Shown one piece after another: positions 19,235 through 28,184 of a stretch of DNA of 55,654 nucleotides. A program made the translations under genes and the position numbers. Below the pieces are notes generated by a model. That model had not been told where the DNA came from. It did no database searches and saw only the letters and a list, made by a program, of their open reading frames with translations. Origin of the DNA: an uncultured Candidatus Saccharibacteria bacterium (GTDB lineage Bacteria > Patescibacteriota > Minisyncoccia > UBA6257 > 2-01-FULL-56-20); the NCBI GenBank assembly GCA_964467765.1, contig CAYXSS010000004.1, positions 1-55,654 of the forward strand, in the 5' to 3' direction. The stretch's first letter is position 1. Each line of letters begins with the position of its first letter.

Positions 19235-20218
19235 TCAGACAGAGTTGATTTTAGGCCAGCGCGACTTGGAATAAGATTCTATTTCGCTAAGTTTGAGGGC
19301 CGTGGAAATATTTCCGGTTCTTATGTAAAAAAGTTCGTTGTTGTCGGCTTTGAAATATACCGGGCGTGGGCTGGGCAGGGCCTGAACCACGCAAACATCT
19401 TGTCCGTCGATTTCTTTAAATTGCAACTTGATCAAATTACGGAATTCCGGACCAATCATACTGTTGAAAGCTTGCGTGAAATGATTTTCAAATCCGTCGG
19501 CATCCTTTCTCTGCAGCGTCTGGTAGTCGCTCGCAAGCCCCAACGGCTTCCGCGTGTCGTTCACGCCTATTACCAGATACCCGCCGTGAGAATTAAGAAA
19601 CGCGGCCAAGGCTTTCATCGCTGATTTTTCCACGTCGCGGCTCGGTTGGCCTGTTTTGTAGTCAAACTTTAAAGAAGATTTAAATTCCAACCCGCCATGT
19701 TCTTTTTCCTTCAGCAGTTTATAGAGATCCGGTTCTTTGCCGAAAGAGATTTCTGATAAATTTTCTTGCTTGAACACGGTGGCAATTTTTTCTGGACGCG
19801 ATATGCCGTTCATAACAAGAGAGGCGTTGCCACTTTCAACCAAGAGAGACCCGTAATGGAAAATTTTCCCCAAGTGGCCGTATATGGTTTTTGTTTTGGG
19901 TTGATCCTCGAGCGGCAGAACCGCCTCTTTTTTGAAAAATACTCCGCTTGCATGCCTTAATGATGCCTGACCGATAGTATAGTGGTCGTAGTGCCAAGAA
20001 AGGAAAGCGTAAACCGTAAGCGCGAACTGGGCGCCAGCCAAAAAAATCATTTTCGCTGTTTGATAAGAGAGCAGATCGGAAAAAGAAAGCTGGGTATATA
20101 ATTCGTACTTGGCGTTGCCGAAAAGAGTTGCTACGAAATAAAGAAAAAAAGCCGCTGTTTCGATAATTGCGAATTTCCAGATCAGAATCATGGGGCTTTT
20201 TCTAATCGTTGCATTCAT
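19235..20218 (-). CDS. membrane bPH-domain protein fused to a Schlafen/AlbA_2 domain
   Basis: 2 TM, then bPH-like HASGVFFKKE..LGKIFHYGSLLVES..GISRPE; C-terminal EHGGLEFKSS, AFLNSHGGYLVIGVND, FYIRTGN. Confidence 0.85.
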   Translation of the reverse strand: MNATIRKSPMILIWKFAIIETAAFFLYFVATLFGNAKYELYTQLSFSDLLSYQTAKMIFLAGAQFALTVYAFLSWHYDHYTIGQASLRHASGVFFKKEAVLPLEDQPKTKTIYGHLGKIFHYGSLLVESGNASLVMNGISRPEKIATVFKQENLSEISFGKEPDLYKLLKEKEHGGLEFKSSLKFDYKTGQPSRDVEKSAMKALAAFLNSHGGYLVIGVNDTRKPLGLASDYQTLQRKDADGFENHFTQAFNSMIGPEFRNLIKLQFKEIDGQDVCVVQALPSPRPVYFKADNNELFYIRTGNISTALKLSEIESYSKSRWPKINSV

Positions 20219-20314
20219 AGTTAGAGCCTACCACCGCCGTTCTTGGGTGGCAAGAAAAACGAGCTCGAAAGAGAGGGATTGATTGGCTGGCAGCCCCTGA
20301 TTATAATAAAACCT

Positions 20315-21634
20315 ATGACACAAAAAACTTTTTTGTTTGCAGGAGTTTTTGGGTTTGCAATTTTTGCTCTTTTTGTCGCGGCGCAAGTTTACGCAGCTGC
20401 TCCGGTTTTGAGCCAGACTAACGTTACCGTTGGACTGGGGCAGACGGCTACGATATCATCCGCGAATACAAGCGTTTATTTGCTTTCGAATTCCGATCCC
20501 ACGAGAGCGTCTGTGTCAGCCAACGGAACGCAGGTTTCTGTTACCGGCAACCAATTGGGCTCGACAGCGGCATCAATTTGCACAGTCGGTACGGCAAACG
20601 AATGTACGACTCTCTATGTAACCGTGCAAGTGGCAAGCGTACAGCCGCTTACCTTAAGCCAAACAACGCTTTCATTGTCTATTGGCCAAAATCAGGCCAT
20701 AACTGTTTTAGGCGGAAACGGAAGTTATTTTTTGTCTGGCAATTCCAGCACAAGCGTAGTTTCTGCAACCCTATCTTCAAGCACGTTGACGCTCTCCGGC
20801 TTATCGGCTGGAGGCGCCACTGTGACAGTTTGTGATACCGCGAACAGCTGCGGATCGACAAGTGTTACGGTTTCCACCGCCGCCAATTCTTCGACGGCGC
20901 AGACAAATCAATATGTGAATTTCAATCCCTCCTCGCCTGCGGTTGTTGTCGGCCAGACGACTGTGGTATCTCTTTCGTCTTCCTATAGCACAACAGCCTT
21001 TTTTCTTAACTACAATTCCGATCCAAACGTTTTGCAGGCAAGCATAACCAGCAACACTCTTTCGTTATACGGTCTTAAAGCCGGTTCTGCTACGATAACG
21101 GTTTGCGTTGCCGGAGAGGGATGCAATCAGTTGGTCGTTGCCGTAACAGGTGCGGGTACGGCTTCGCAAAACACTACGCAAACAACTACGCAAGCGCAGC
21201 AAACAATAACGCAAACACAAACACAAACAACAACGCAGCAAGCTTCTTCGGCCGACCTGGGCGCTCTCCTTGCGCAGATTCAGGCAATGCAAAGTCAGCT
21301 GGCGCAAATTGCTACCCAGATTCAGTCAATGGCAAGCACCTTGTCGCAGCTTGCATCAAGGGTTGTTGCACAACTTAAACAGACTAGCGCCGCTGGCGGA
21401 AGCACGACATTCTCCGGCACATTCACACAATATCTTGGTATTGGTTCCGAGGGTGCGGAGGTAACAGCTCTGCAAAAATTGCTTGCGAAGCTCGGTTTTT
21501 ATTCCGGCTCGGTTACCGGTTATTATGGTTCCCTTACCGAAGCGGCAGTTAAGGCGTATCAGTCCGCGCGTGGTATCGACGCAGTTGGTTTTGTCGGTCC
21601 GGGCACGAGAGCGGCTTTGAATGCCGAAAAATAA
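20315..21634 (+). CDS. secreted Ser/Thr-rich protein with three Ig-like repeats, coiled coil and C-terminal peptidoglycan-binding domain
   Basis: Signal peptide from ATG 20315; three repeats each ending in a Cys pair; Q/T linker; LGIGSEGAEVTALQKLL..TGYYGSLTEAAVKAYQ..GFVGPGTRAALN. Confidence 0.85.
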   Translation: MTQKTFLFAGVFGFAIFALFVAAQVYAAAPVLSQTNVTVGLGQTATISSANTSVYLLSNSDPTRASVSANGTQVSVTGNQLGSTAASICTVGTANECTTLYVTVQVASVQPLTLSQTTLSLSIGQNQAITVLGGNGSYFLSGNSSTSVVSATLSSSTLTLSGLSAGGATVTVCDTANSCGSTSVTVSTAANSSTAQTNQYVNFNPSSPAVVVGQTTVVSLSSSYSTTAFFLNYNSDPNVLQASITSNTLSLYGLKAGSATITVCVAGEGCNQLVVAVTGAGTASQNTTQTTTQAQQTITQTQTQTTTQQASSADLGALLAQIQAMQSQLAQIATQIQSMASTLSQLASRVVAQLKQTSAAGGSTTFSGTFTQYLGIGSEGAEVTALQKLLAKLGFYSGSVTGYYGSLTEAAVKAYQSARGIDAVGFVGPGTRAALNAEK

Positions 21635-21763
21635 GCAAGAAGCACCACTCTCAGCCCAAAGTTATTTCCGTCTCGTTTCTAATCGGTTTAGGGAATTGTA
21701 TGAAAGCTTGGTATCAACTCGGAGTCTTCCGGATTTCGTGGTAAAATAAATAGAAATATCGCT

Positions 21764-22522
21764 ATGTTTTTCGTCTCTCTCTCTCTCTTCATAAAATTCC
21801 TTATGAGCCGCAACCCCATGTTTTATTTCGCATTGGTCACATTTGTAGCGGGAATCGTTAGTGCGATATATTTTTTCACTGAATGGCTGCGACGCGGCCG
21901 CCACCGTTTTTTTATATTGTATTGGGCTTTGGGTTTGCTTCTTTTATATTGGTTCCAAATACCGGTGATAATCGGTCTTGCGGGAAAGAAAATTGTATAC
22001 GCGAGCTTCAATCAATTGTTCTTGGTCAGTACGCCGATGACCCTGCTTGGATATCTGCTGATTTATCTCGGCATAAGATCGGTCGCGCAGCTGCCGCTTT
22101 CCAAGAAATCGTATACACTTCTTATTCTTTGGTTTATCGCTTCGATCATTTTTTACGCAGGCCAATACTGGGGTGCGACAGCGCCGACGCGTTTATGGCT
22201 TTTGGCGCCGATAGCGTTTTTCTTTTTACCGGTGCAAATTCTGAATCTCCACGCCATCATTGCGGCATACCGCAGAAAGGAGCTATTTGTGGCGGCAAGC
22301 GCCAAGGCTGGATTTATCGCACTTTCGACACAAGTGTTTACGGCGCTTTCTAGATACTCGTTCTTCGTGTACAAGGTCTTTGTTTATCCGCCGGAGTTCG
22401 CCATAGTGCTCATCAGATTTTCAGCTTTTTATATTTTTACCCAAATGTTAGGAATTTTATTCCTGATTATCGGTTTTCTGCTTATTTATAGCGGCTTGGC
22501 GCGAACGGGAAAATTGGCCTAG
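21764..22522 (+). CDS. multi-pass (about 7 TM) membrane protein
   Basis: About seven hydrophobic segments and no soluble domain; start uncertain (21764, 21803 or 21818). Confidence 0.7.
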   Translation: MFFVSLSLFIKFLMSRNPMFYFALVTFVAGIVSAIYFFTEWLRRGRHRFFILYWALGLLLLYWFQIPVIIGLAGKKIVYASFNQLFLVSTPMTLLGYLLIYLGIRSVAQLPLSKKSYTLLILWFIASIIFYAGQYWGATAPTRLWLLAPIAFFFLPVQILNLHAIIAAYRRKELFVAASAKAGFIALSTQVFTALSRYSFFVYKVFVYPPEFAIVLIRFSAFYIFTQMLGILFLIIGFLLIYSGLARTGKLA

Positions 22523-22673
22523 GCCGGCGAAAGCATCTCTTGAACAGCATGGCCTTCGATCGGCCTTGGTTGTTGGCGAACAGGTAGTTTCGTTTAATGT
22601 GCATAGATGCGGTGAATTTCGTAAACATAAGGTTGAGCTTGTTTGAAATTTTTGTTATTCTGATAATAAATTT

Positions 22674-23057
22674 ATGTCCAGCGACCTGTCCAAATATTGC
22701 CTGGCTGTTTATCCGGCAATTTTCATTGTCATGACGGCGGTCGTAATCTGCGGCATGCCGAACATGGATCCCGTGCACAGCATGGCGCAGCGATGCAGCA
22801 CGTCGAACTTCTCGAGCGCGCTTCCGCTGCAGAATCAAAACAGGATATTTCTCGGTCTTTTGTTTCTTGCCCTTGCGTCGTTCGTTTTTGTGCGCTCAAA
22901 AGCAATTAATAATTTTATTCAGATAAAATACAACGCGGCACCGTCAGAAATTTTTACGATTCGCACGTCTCTTTCTAAAATTTTTAATCACTTAGCCGAA
23001 GAATTTCGCAGAGGAATCATCAACTCCAAGATCTACGCCCCTGTTTTTTCTTTCTAG
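22674..23057 (+). CDS. small 2-TM Cys/Met/His protein heading the first metal/redox operon (putative leader)
   Basis: TM-CGMPNMDPVHSMAQRC-TM, C-terminus FRRGIINSKIY. Confidence 0.6.
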   Translation: MSSDLSKYCLAVYPAIFIVMTAVVICGMPNMDPVHSMAQRCSTSNFSSALPLQNQNRIFLGLLFLALASFVFVRSKAINNFIQIKYNAAPSEIFTIRTSLSKIFNHLAEEFRRGIINSKIYAPVFSF

Positions 23058-23139
23058 CAGCCGCTTGGTTTCGCTTTGTTTTAAGCAACCGCACGGCGAC
23101 CGCATTTTTGCGTATTATAAAACCTAATCATTCAAAATT

Positions 23140-23892
23140 ATGGAAGAACAAACTATAGAAAAAAAGTCCAAACAACCGAGCAATTTCATGCTCCCCGTTT
23201 CGATTCTTGTAGCCGGAGTTCTGGTTGCCGGTTCCGTCATCTATTCTGCCGGCAAGAACAATCTCGCCGCAAAGAATGCCAGCGGAAATTCAGGTACGCA
23301 AATACAGCAAACCGAGCAGCCGACGGCGCAAGCCCCGGACATCTCAAAAGTGAAAATTTCAGGGAACCCATTCGTGGGAAATCCGAATGCGCCGGTCACG
23401 GTGGCCTATTGGCTCGATTACCAGTGTCCTTTTTGCCGCAGATTCGAAACGCAATCCATGCCGCAGGTCTACGAAGAATATGTGAAAACCGGCAAGGTAA
23501 AACTCGTTTACAAAGATTTTCAATTCCTAGGACAGGATTCGCAAACACTTGGCGAGTTCGCCCGCGCCGTCTGGGAAGTTGCGCCGGACAAATTCTACTC
23601 TTGGCACAAAACAATGTACGAGAATCAAGGCACGGAGAATACCGGCTGGGCAACGCAAGACGTCATCATGCGCCTTACGACGCAAGAGATCGGTGCAAGC
23701 GACGCCGCGAAGGCACTCGCCCTCGTGCAAAGCAAAGGAGATCAATATCAACAGTTGATTGACGCCGACAAGGCGGAAGGATCATCTTTCGGCGTGAGCG
23801 GCACACCGTCATTCATCATTGGCAAACAGCTTTTGGTCGGGGCTCAGCCGTATTCGGTAATTAAACAGTTGATTGATCTGGCAGACAAGTAG
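23140..23892 (+). CDS. DsbA/BdbD-like membrane-anchored thioredoxin-fold protein
   Basis: GNPNAPVTV, DYQCPFC, GKVKLVYKDF, GVSGTPSF (cis-Pro), GAQPY. Confidence 0.93.
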   Translation: MEEQTIEKKSKQPSNFMLPVSILVAGVLVAGSVIYSAGKNNLAAKNASGNSGTQIQQTEQPTAQAPDISKVKISGNPFVGNPNAPVTVAYWLDYQCPFCRRFETQSMPQVYEEYVKTGKVKLVYKDFQFLGQDSQTLGEFARAVWEVAPDKFYSWHKTMYENQGTENTGWATQDVIMRLTTQEIGASDAAKALALVQSKGDQYQQLIDADKAEGSSFGVSGTPSFIIGKQLLVGAQPYSVIKQLIDLADK

Positions 23893-23894
23893 CC

Positions 23895-24428
23895 ATGGTG
23901 ATACTCCGCGCGCTCAAAATCGTTTTCCGGAATAAGGTATACGCATTTCTTGCCGGATTGATAGCACTGTTAGTTTTTTCTTTGGCGGCTTGGCTGCCGA
24001 ACTTGCGTGTTTTATTCTCTATCGAACTTAATCGTGCCGTATCGATCGGTGATAAACTTGCTTTTCCGTTGCGTCTGGCCGAATCAATCGCCACAAACTT
24101 CACAAAATTTTCCGCCTCATATACCGTCGCTACGGCCATCCTCTTCGGAATCAATCTTGCAATGACTGTTTATTTTTTCAAGAAAAGACAGGAAGACTTG
24201 AAGCGGGTCGGCACGGCAACCACATTCGCTGGTTTTCTAAGCGGCATGTTTGGCGTTGGTTGCGCCGCTTGCGGGTCGGTGATTTTGAGCTCCATGGGCG
24301 CAGGAGGGGCGCTCGCGTTTTTGCCGCTCCACGGCGGAGAGTTCGGCATAGCAGGGGTTTTGCTATTGGCTGTTTCAATCCTGCTGGTGGCCAAAAAAAT
24401 CGCTAAGACGTCGACGTGTGATGTATGA
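23895..24428 (+). CDS. 4-TM membrane protein with intramembrane CxxC
   Basis: GVGCAACGS, LAFLPLHG, C-terminal TCDV. Confidence 0.8.
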   Translation: MVILRALKIVFRNKVYAFLAGLIALLVFSLAAWLPNLRVLFSIELNRAVSIGDKLAFPLRLAESIATNFTKFSASYTVATAILFGINLAMTVYFFKKRQEDLKRVGTATTFAGFLSGMFGVGCAACGSVILSSMGAGGALAFLPLHGGEFGIAGVLLLAVSILLVAKKIAKTSTCDV

Positions 24429-24464
24429 TAGTAAATATCAACTAAATCATCTCTTAATAACGAC

Positions 24465-26153
24465 GTGATCAAAAAAATAATCGCTTCCGACAAAAACTAC
24501 TATCAATGCAAAGAGTGCGGCTTTCAGTATGTGGAGAAAAAATTGGCAGACAAATGTGAGGCGTGGTGTAAAAAGAGCCATAGCTGCAACATTGAAATTA
24601 CCGCGCATGCTGTAAAAAAAGGCAAAAACGACGAAGAAATCCGTTTGGCAAAAATCGAAGAAGGTGCAGCGAATAAAAACCGCACCTCCGTCTTGAAGAC
24701 AATATTCGGACAACCTTTATATATTCTTTCGGCTATTGATGGCGCTCTTGCAATCGGGCTTCTTTATTGGTGGTTGCTTTCTAAAACTACAACCTGGGTC
24801 GTTTTCTATGGAATGTACCGGAATGTGCCGCTTTATTTCTGGCCATATGTGCTCCTTACGTTTTTGAGCATGATTCTTTTCGGTATGAGCTTGGCCGTTT
24901 CTATTTACTCGTGGAAGCATTCCAAGTTGCGCAACGTAAAAGGTCAAAGCGGCAATGTTTTCGGCGCAACTTTCGGCGCGCTTGCCGCTGCCTGTCCTAT
25001 ATGCGGCTCATTCCTGCTTTCGGCAATCGGCATAGCCGGCGGAGTCGCCATCTTGCCGTTCAAGGGTCTTGAACTAAAACTCTTGAGCGCCGGATTTTTC
25101 GGCGTGGCGCTTTTCCTTTCCACAAAAAAGCTGTCCGAAGCCGCGGCGTGCGAGGCTTGTAAGGTGGACGAGGAGCCGTCAGACAGCTCAAAGGAGTCGG
25201 ATTCGCTGTTTTCATATCAGACGCTTCTTGCGATCTTCTTTTTGATTTTTCTTTTTGCTTCACCTCTTTGGAAAAGGGAGCTTATAGCGGCAAGCGTTGC
25301 CGCAAAAGACGGAACACTTCTTATGAATAACATTAGCCGCATTCAGAGCGCCCAAAACGGCAATGCGCTTTACAACGAAATAGTTGCCCAGGTGCTTCCT
25401 CAACAAGGATTTCAAACAAAAATTATTTTTGGCGACGCAATTGTCAAATTGGTTCAAAACGGCATCATTGATGCCGCAAAGTTCAGGGAAATATATAAAA
25501 ATCGCGGAATAAACGAAAAAGAACTAATTGTCCTCGCAGAACCTTCTTACGGGCCGATTAAAATAGACGCCAACAATGCCGGTATTATGATCAATCTTCT
25601 CTGGCCGCTTGGGCTTTCAAATAAAACCAGATTTAACGAGAAAAGCCCGGTCAAAGGAGAGTCGCTCTTTAATTTCGCGTCGACCGGAGGCTGGACGCTT
25701 GGCAAAGAAGATAACGGCGGAAAATACTTCAATAAATACGAGATTGTAAAACTTACGCCCGAACAGGAAGGGATTGCTTTAGATGTCGCGCAAAACACCT
25801 ATCGTCCGTGTTGCGGAAACTCCAGCTTCTTTCAAGACTGCAACCATGGCTCAGCGCTTCTGGGCTTGATCGAGCTTGGCGCATCTCAGGGGCTTTCCAG
25901 GGGCGAACTCTACAGGGTTGCTTTGCAGTTCAACTCATTTTGGTTTTCGCAGACCTATATTCAAACGGCGCTATACTACAAATTGGAAAAAAATACCGAT
26001 TGGAAAAATATCGATCCCGAAGAAATTATGGGCTTTAACTATTCGAGCGGCCCCGGATGGGCAAAAAACATCGCTCAGCCGTTTAAGGAAATCGTAGCCA
26101 AAAACCCAGGTCTTATGCCGCAAAAGCAAAGAGGAGCCGGTTGTGGCGTATAA
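24465..26153 (+). CDS. three-part fusion: Cys4 finger + CxxC TM domain + exported 'YRPCC..DCNHG' domain
   Basis: YQCKECG..KCEAWC..SC; AACPICGS; CEAC; NFASTGGW; YRPCCGNS..DCNHG; C-terminal GAGCGV. Confidence 0.85.
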   Translation: MIKKIIASDKNYYQCKECGFQYVEKKLADKCEAWCKKSHSCNIEITAHAVKKGKNDEEIRLAKIEEGAANKNRTSVLKTIFGQPLYILSAIDGALAIGLLYWWLLSKTTTWVVFYGMYRNVPLYFWPYVLLTFLSMILFGMSLAVSIYSWKHSKLRNVKGQSGNVFGATFGALAAACPICGSFLLSAIGIAGGVAILPFKGLELKLLSAGFFGVALFLSTKKLSEAAACEACKVDEEPSDSSKESDSLFSYQTLLAIFFLIFLFASPLWKRELIAASVAAKDGTLLMNNISRIQSAQNGNALYNEIVAQVLPQQGFQTKIIFGDAIVKLVQNGIIDAAKFREIYKNRGINEKELIVLAEPSYGPIKIDANNAGIMINLLWPLGLSNKTRFNEKSPVKGESLFNFASTGGWTLGKEDNGGKYFNKYEIVKLTPEQEGIALDVAQNTYRPCCGNSSFFQDCNHGSALLGLIELGASQGLSRGELYRVALQFNSFWFSQTYIQTALYYKLEKNTDWKNIDPEEIMGFNYSSGPGWAKNIAQPFKEIVAKNPGLMPQKQRGAGCGV

Positions 26154-26165
26154 AGTTAATGAGTT

Positions 26166-26252
26166 ATGAACGCTAATGTATCCCATCTGGCCGGAGGAAT
26201 GCTTGAGTGGGAGAAAAATGGTTATGAAATAATTAAAAAATATAATGAATGA
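26166..26252 (+). pseudogene. remnant of a rhodanese-domain gene (C-terminal end only)
   Basis: Translates MNANVSHLAGGMLEWEKNGYEIIKKYNE*, the rhodanese C-terminal signature; in-frame stops lie just upstream. Confidence 0.65.
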
Positions 26253-26784
26253 ATTAGAAAAAAAACCGCAAAGTTCTGGAACCGAACCATCCAAACAGGA
26301 GCTCTATCAGCTTAAAAGGTTGCAAAAAGAGGAGAAGCTTAAAATTGCGCACCGCAAACGCTTGGCTAAGAAAGCGGTGAATGTCGTTTTGATAATTTTA
26401 ATCGCGGGAGGAGCAATTTTTGGACTCGGTTGGTTTGTGTTAACTCGTCCCAGTTTACCGCCGACAAACGCTCAAGGTCATACCGAGGATATGCCCCAAT
26501 CGCACGTCAGCTACCAGCCGATACCGGACAGTATGCAGCGACACATGCTTGAGCACGCCGATGGCAGAGGCAAGCCCGGCATAATCATCCAATACAACTG
26601 CAAAAAATATTCTTGCGAGCCGGATTTAATTCAAAAACTCACCGATCTGGCAAAGCAATATCCGGATAATGTGTATCTCGCGCCGAATGATTACGATGCA
26701 AAAATTGTACTGACAAAACTGGGCCAGCAGGAAATATTGGAGAGTTTCGATGAAGATAAAATCAAAAAATTTATAGAATACTAG
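26245..26784 (+). CDS. membrane-anchored DUF3105-like protein
   Basis: TM anchor, QGHTE, RHMLEH..IIIQYNC..C. Confidence 0.7.
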   Translation: MNELEKKPQSSGTEPSKQELYQLKRLQKEEKLKIAHRKRLAKKAVNVVLIILIAGGAIFGLGWFVLTRPSLPPTNAQGHTEDMPQSHVSYQPIPDSMQRHMLEHADGRGKPGIIIQYNCKKYSCEPDLIQKLTDLAKQYPDNVYLAPNDYDAKIVLTKLGQQEILESFDEDKIKKFIEY

Positions 26785-26832
26785 CTCGCCCTGTCGAACG
26801 AGCCCGATCAATTTAAGAACCGGATAGTCATT

Positions 26833-27282
26833 ATGAATAAAACAACTTTAGTCTTCGTTACCGGATTAATCATTCTTGCAGGAGGATATTTCTGGTTGCG
26901 GAACGGCGCGAACCGGTCCGAAAATAGCGCCCCGTCTCTTGCGGTTCCCGCGCCAGGTTTCGAATCGACGCCGGAGAAAACGGTTGCTACAGAAGGACAA
27001 TCTCAGACAAAAGAAATAACGATTGCCGGCTCGGAATTTTCTTTCTCGCCCGCGAAAATTTCGGTAAAGACCGGAGAAAAAATCGCAGTGCGTTTTCAAA
27101 ACGCCGGTAAAACAATCCATAACCTGGAATTCGGTTTTCGAGGCATTACGACGCGCACGATAGATAGCGGGCAAAGCGATATGATTGAATTTACCGCCCC
27201 GATCGCCGGAGTCTACGCTTTCTTTTGTTCTGTTCCTGGTCATCGCGAGCGCGGCATGGAAGGAAGGTTAATGGTTCAATAA
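26833..27282 (+). CDS. exported cupredoxin (blue-copper) protein
   Basis: EFSFSP, HNL, FFCSVPGHRERGM give His/Cys/His/Met type-1 Cu ligands. Confidence 0.92.
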   Translation: MNKTTLVFVTGLIILAGGYFWLRNGANRSENSAPSLAVPAPGFESTPEKTVATEGQSQTKEITIAGSEFSFSPAKISVKTGEKIAVRFQNAGKTIHNLEFGFRGITTRTIDSGQSDMIEFTAPIAGVYAFFCSVPGHRERGMEGRLMVQ

Positions 27283-27323
27283 GATTGGCTGCGGATTTTC
27301 CAATTCTAGATTAAACGACTAGC

Positions 27324-27971
27324 ATGGCCAATCCGGAAGAATTTGAAAGATCAACGCTGCGGCTGTTTTGTATGTGGTCGTTGTTTTATGATTCAGCGAT
27401 AAGCCGATTGCTTTATTTCGACCCTGTTTATAAAAAAGCTATTGAAACTCTTGAAAAATTCGGCGACAAACTTTTATGCCGAAAGAGCAGATTTTTGGAT
27501 ATTGCTTGCGGCACAGGAGAAATGATTTTCCGCTTGGCCAAAAAATATCCGCATAGCGAATTTAGCGGCGCGGATTTTTCAAAAGACATGTTGCAAAAAG
27601 CGCTTGTCAAGACAGCCGGTGTTAATAATATAAAAATTATTCAAGCTAACGCAAGGAGCTTGCCGCTCCCTGAAAATTTTTTCGATATACTTCTCTGTTC
27701 CGATGCCCTGCATCATTTCTCCGAACCAGAACAAGTATTGAGAGAAATCAGTCGAGTAACCAAAAAGGGCGGGTTATTTCTTCTTCTCGACCCGGCAGTT
27801 GACAGTATTGTCTCGAAATTTATTTTTAAAATTTTTGTGGAAATTTGGGACAGACCGAAGAAATATTATTCGCGAAAAGAGATCACAAAATTTCTCAATG
27901 GGGCCGGATTTCGCATAAAAGCAATTTTTAGTTATCATTTTACCGACTTTTTCGTTTGTTATAAAACATAG
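27324..27971 (+). CDS. class I SAM-dependent methyltransferase
   Basis: LDIACGTG, GADFSKDML, LPLPENFFD, ALHH, KKGG. Confidence 0.9.
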   Translation: MANPEEFERSTLRLFCMWSLFYDSAISRLLYFDPVYKKAIETLEKFGDKLLCRKSRFLDIACGTGEMIFRLAKKYPHSEFSGADFSKDMLQKALVKTAGVNNIKIIQANARSLPLPENFFDILLCSDALHHFSEPEQVLREISRVTKKGGLFLLLDPAVDSIVSKFIFKIFVEIWDRPKKYYSRKEITKFLNGAGFRIKAIFSYHFTDFFVCYKT

Positions 27972-28102
27972 TTAATACCAAAGACGCGTTTGTTAAAACA
28001 CCATTATTGTTTTCAGATCAGGCAAATACCCCGCGCGTCTGTTTCGTCGAGTTAAGGATGAGCAAGGCCGGGTTATTTTCGCTTATCCACAAATCTGACT
28101 GC

Positions 28103-28131
28103 TTGACATATGGGGTATGGGGGTATAGGAT
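28103..28131 (+). promoter_or_regulatory. csoR promoter with G-tract operator in the spacer
   Basis: TTGACA-(TATGGGGTATGGGGGTA, 17 nt)-TAGGAT; GGGGGTA half-site typical of CsoR/RcnR operators. Confidence 0.75.
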
Positions 28132-28184
28132 ATAGTTAAGGTCGGAAACCGCAACATTATCAATTAAAAAACAAAATCTCGTTC

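Noticed and set aside
20225-20300. Small hairpins (CCACC/GGTGG, CTC-GAAA-GAG) upstream of the surface protein as a riboswitch
   Set aside because: Could not match a known aptamer consensus; the region is also a divergent promoter. An Rfam search would be needed
21170-21240. CAAACA-type short repeats suggesting a CRISPR or VNTR
   Set aside because: They encode a Thr/Gln linker inside a CDS; no repeat-spacer structure and no cas genes
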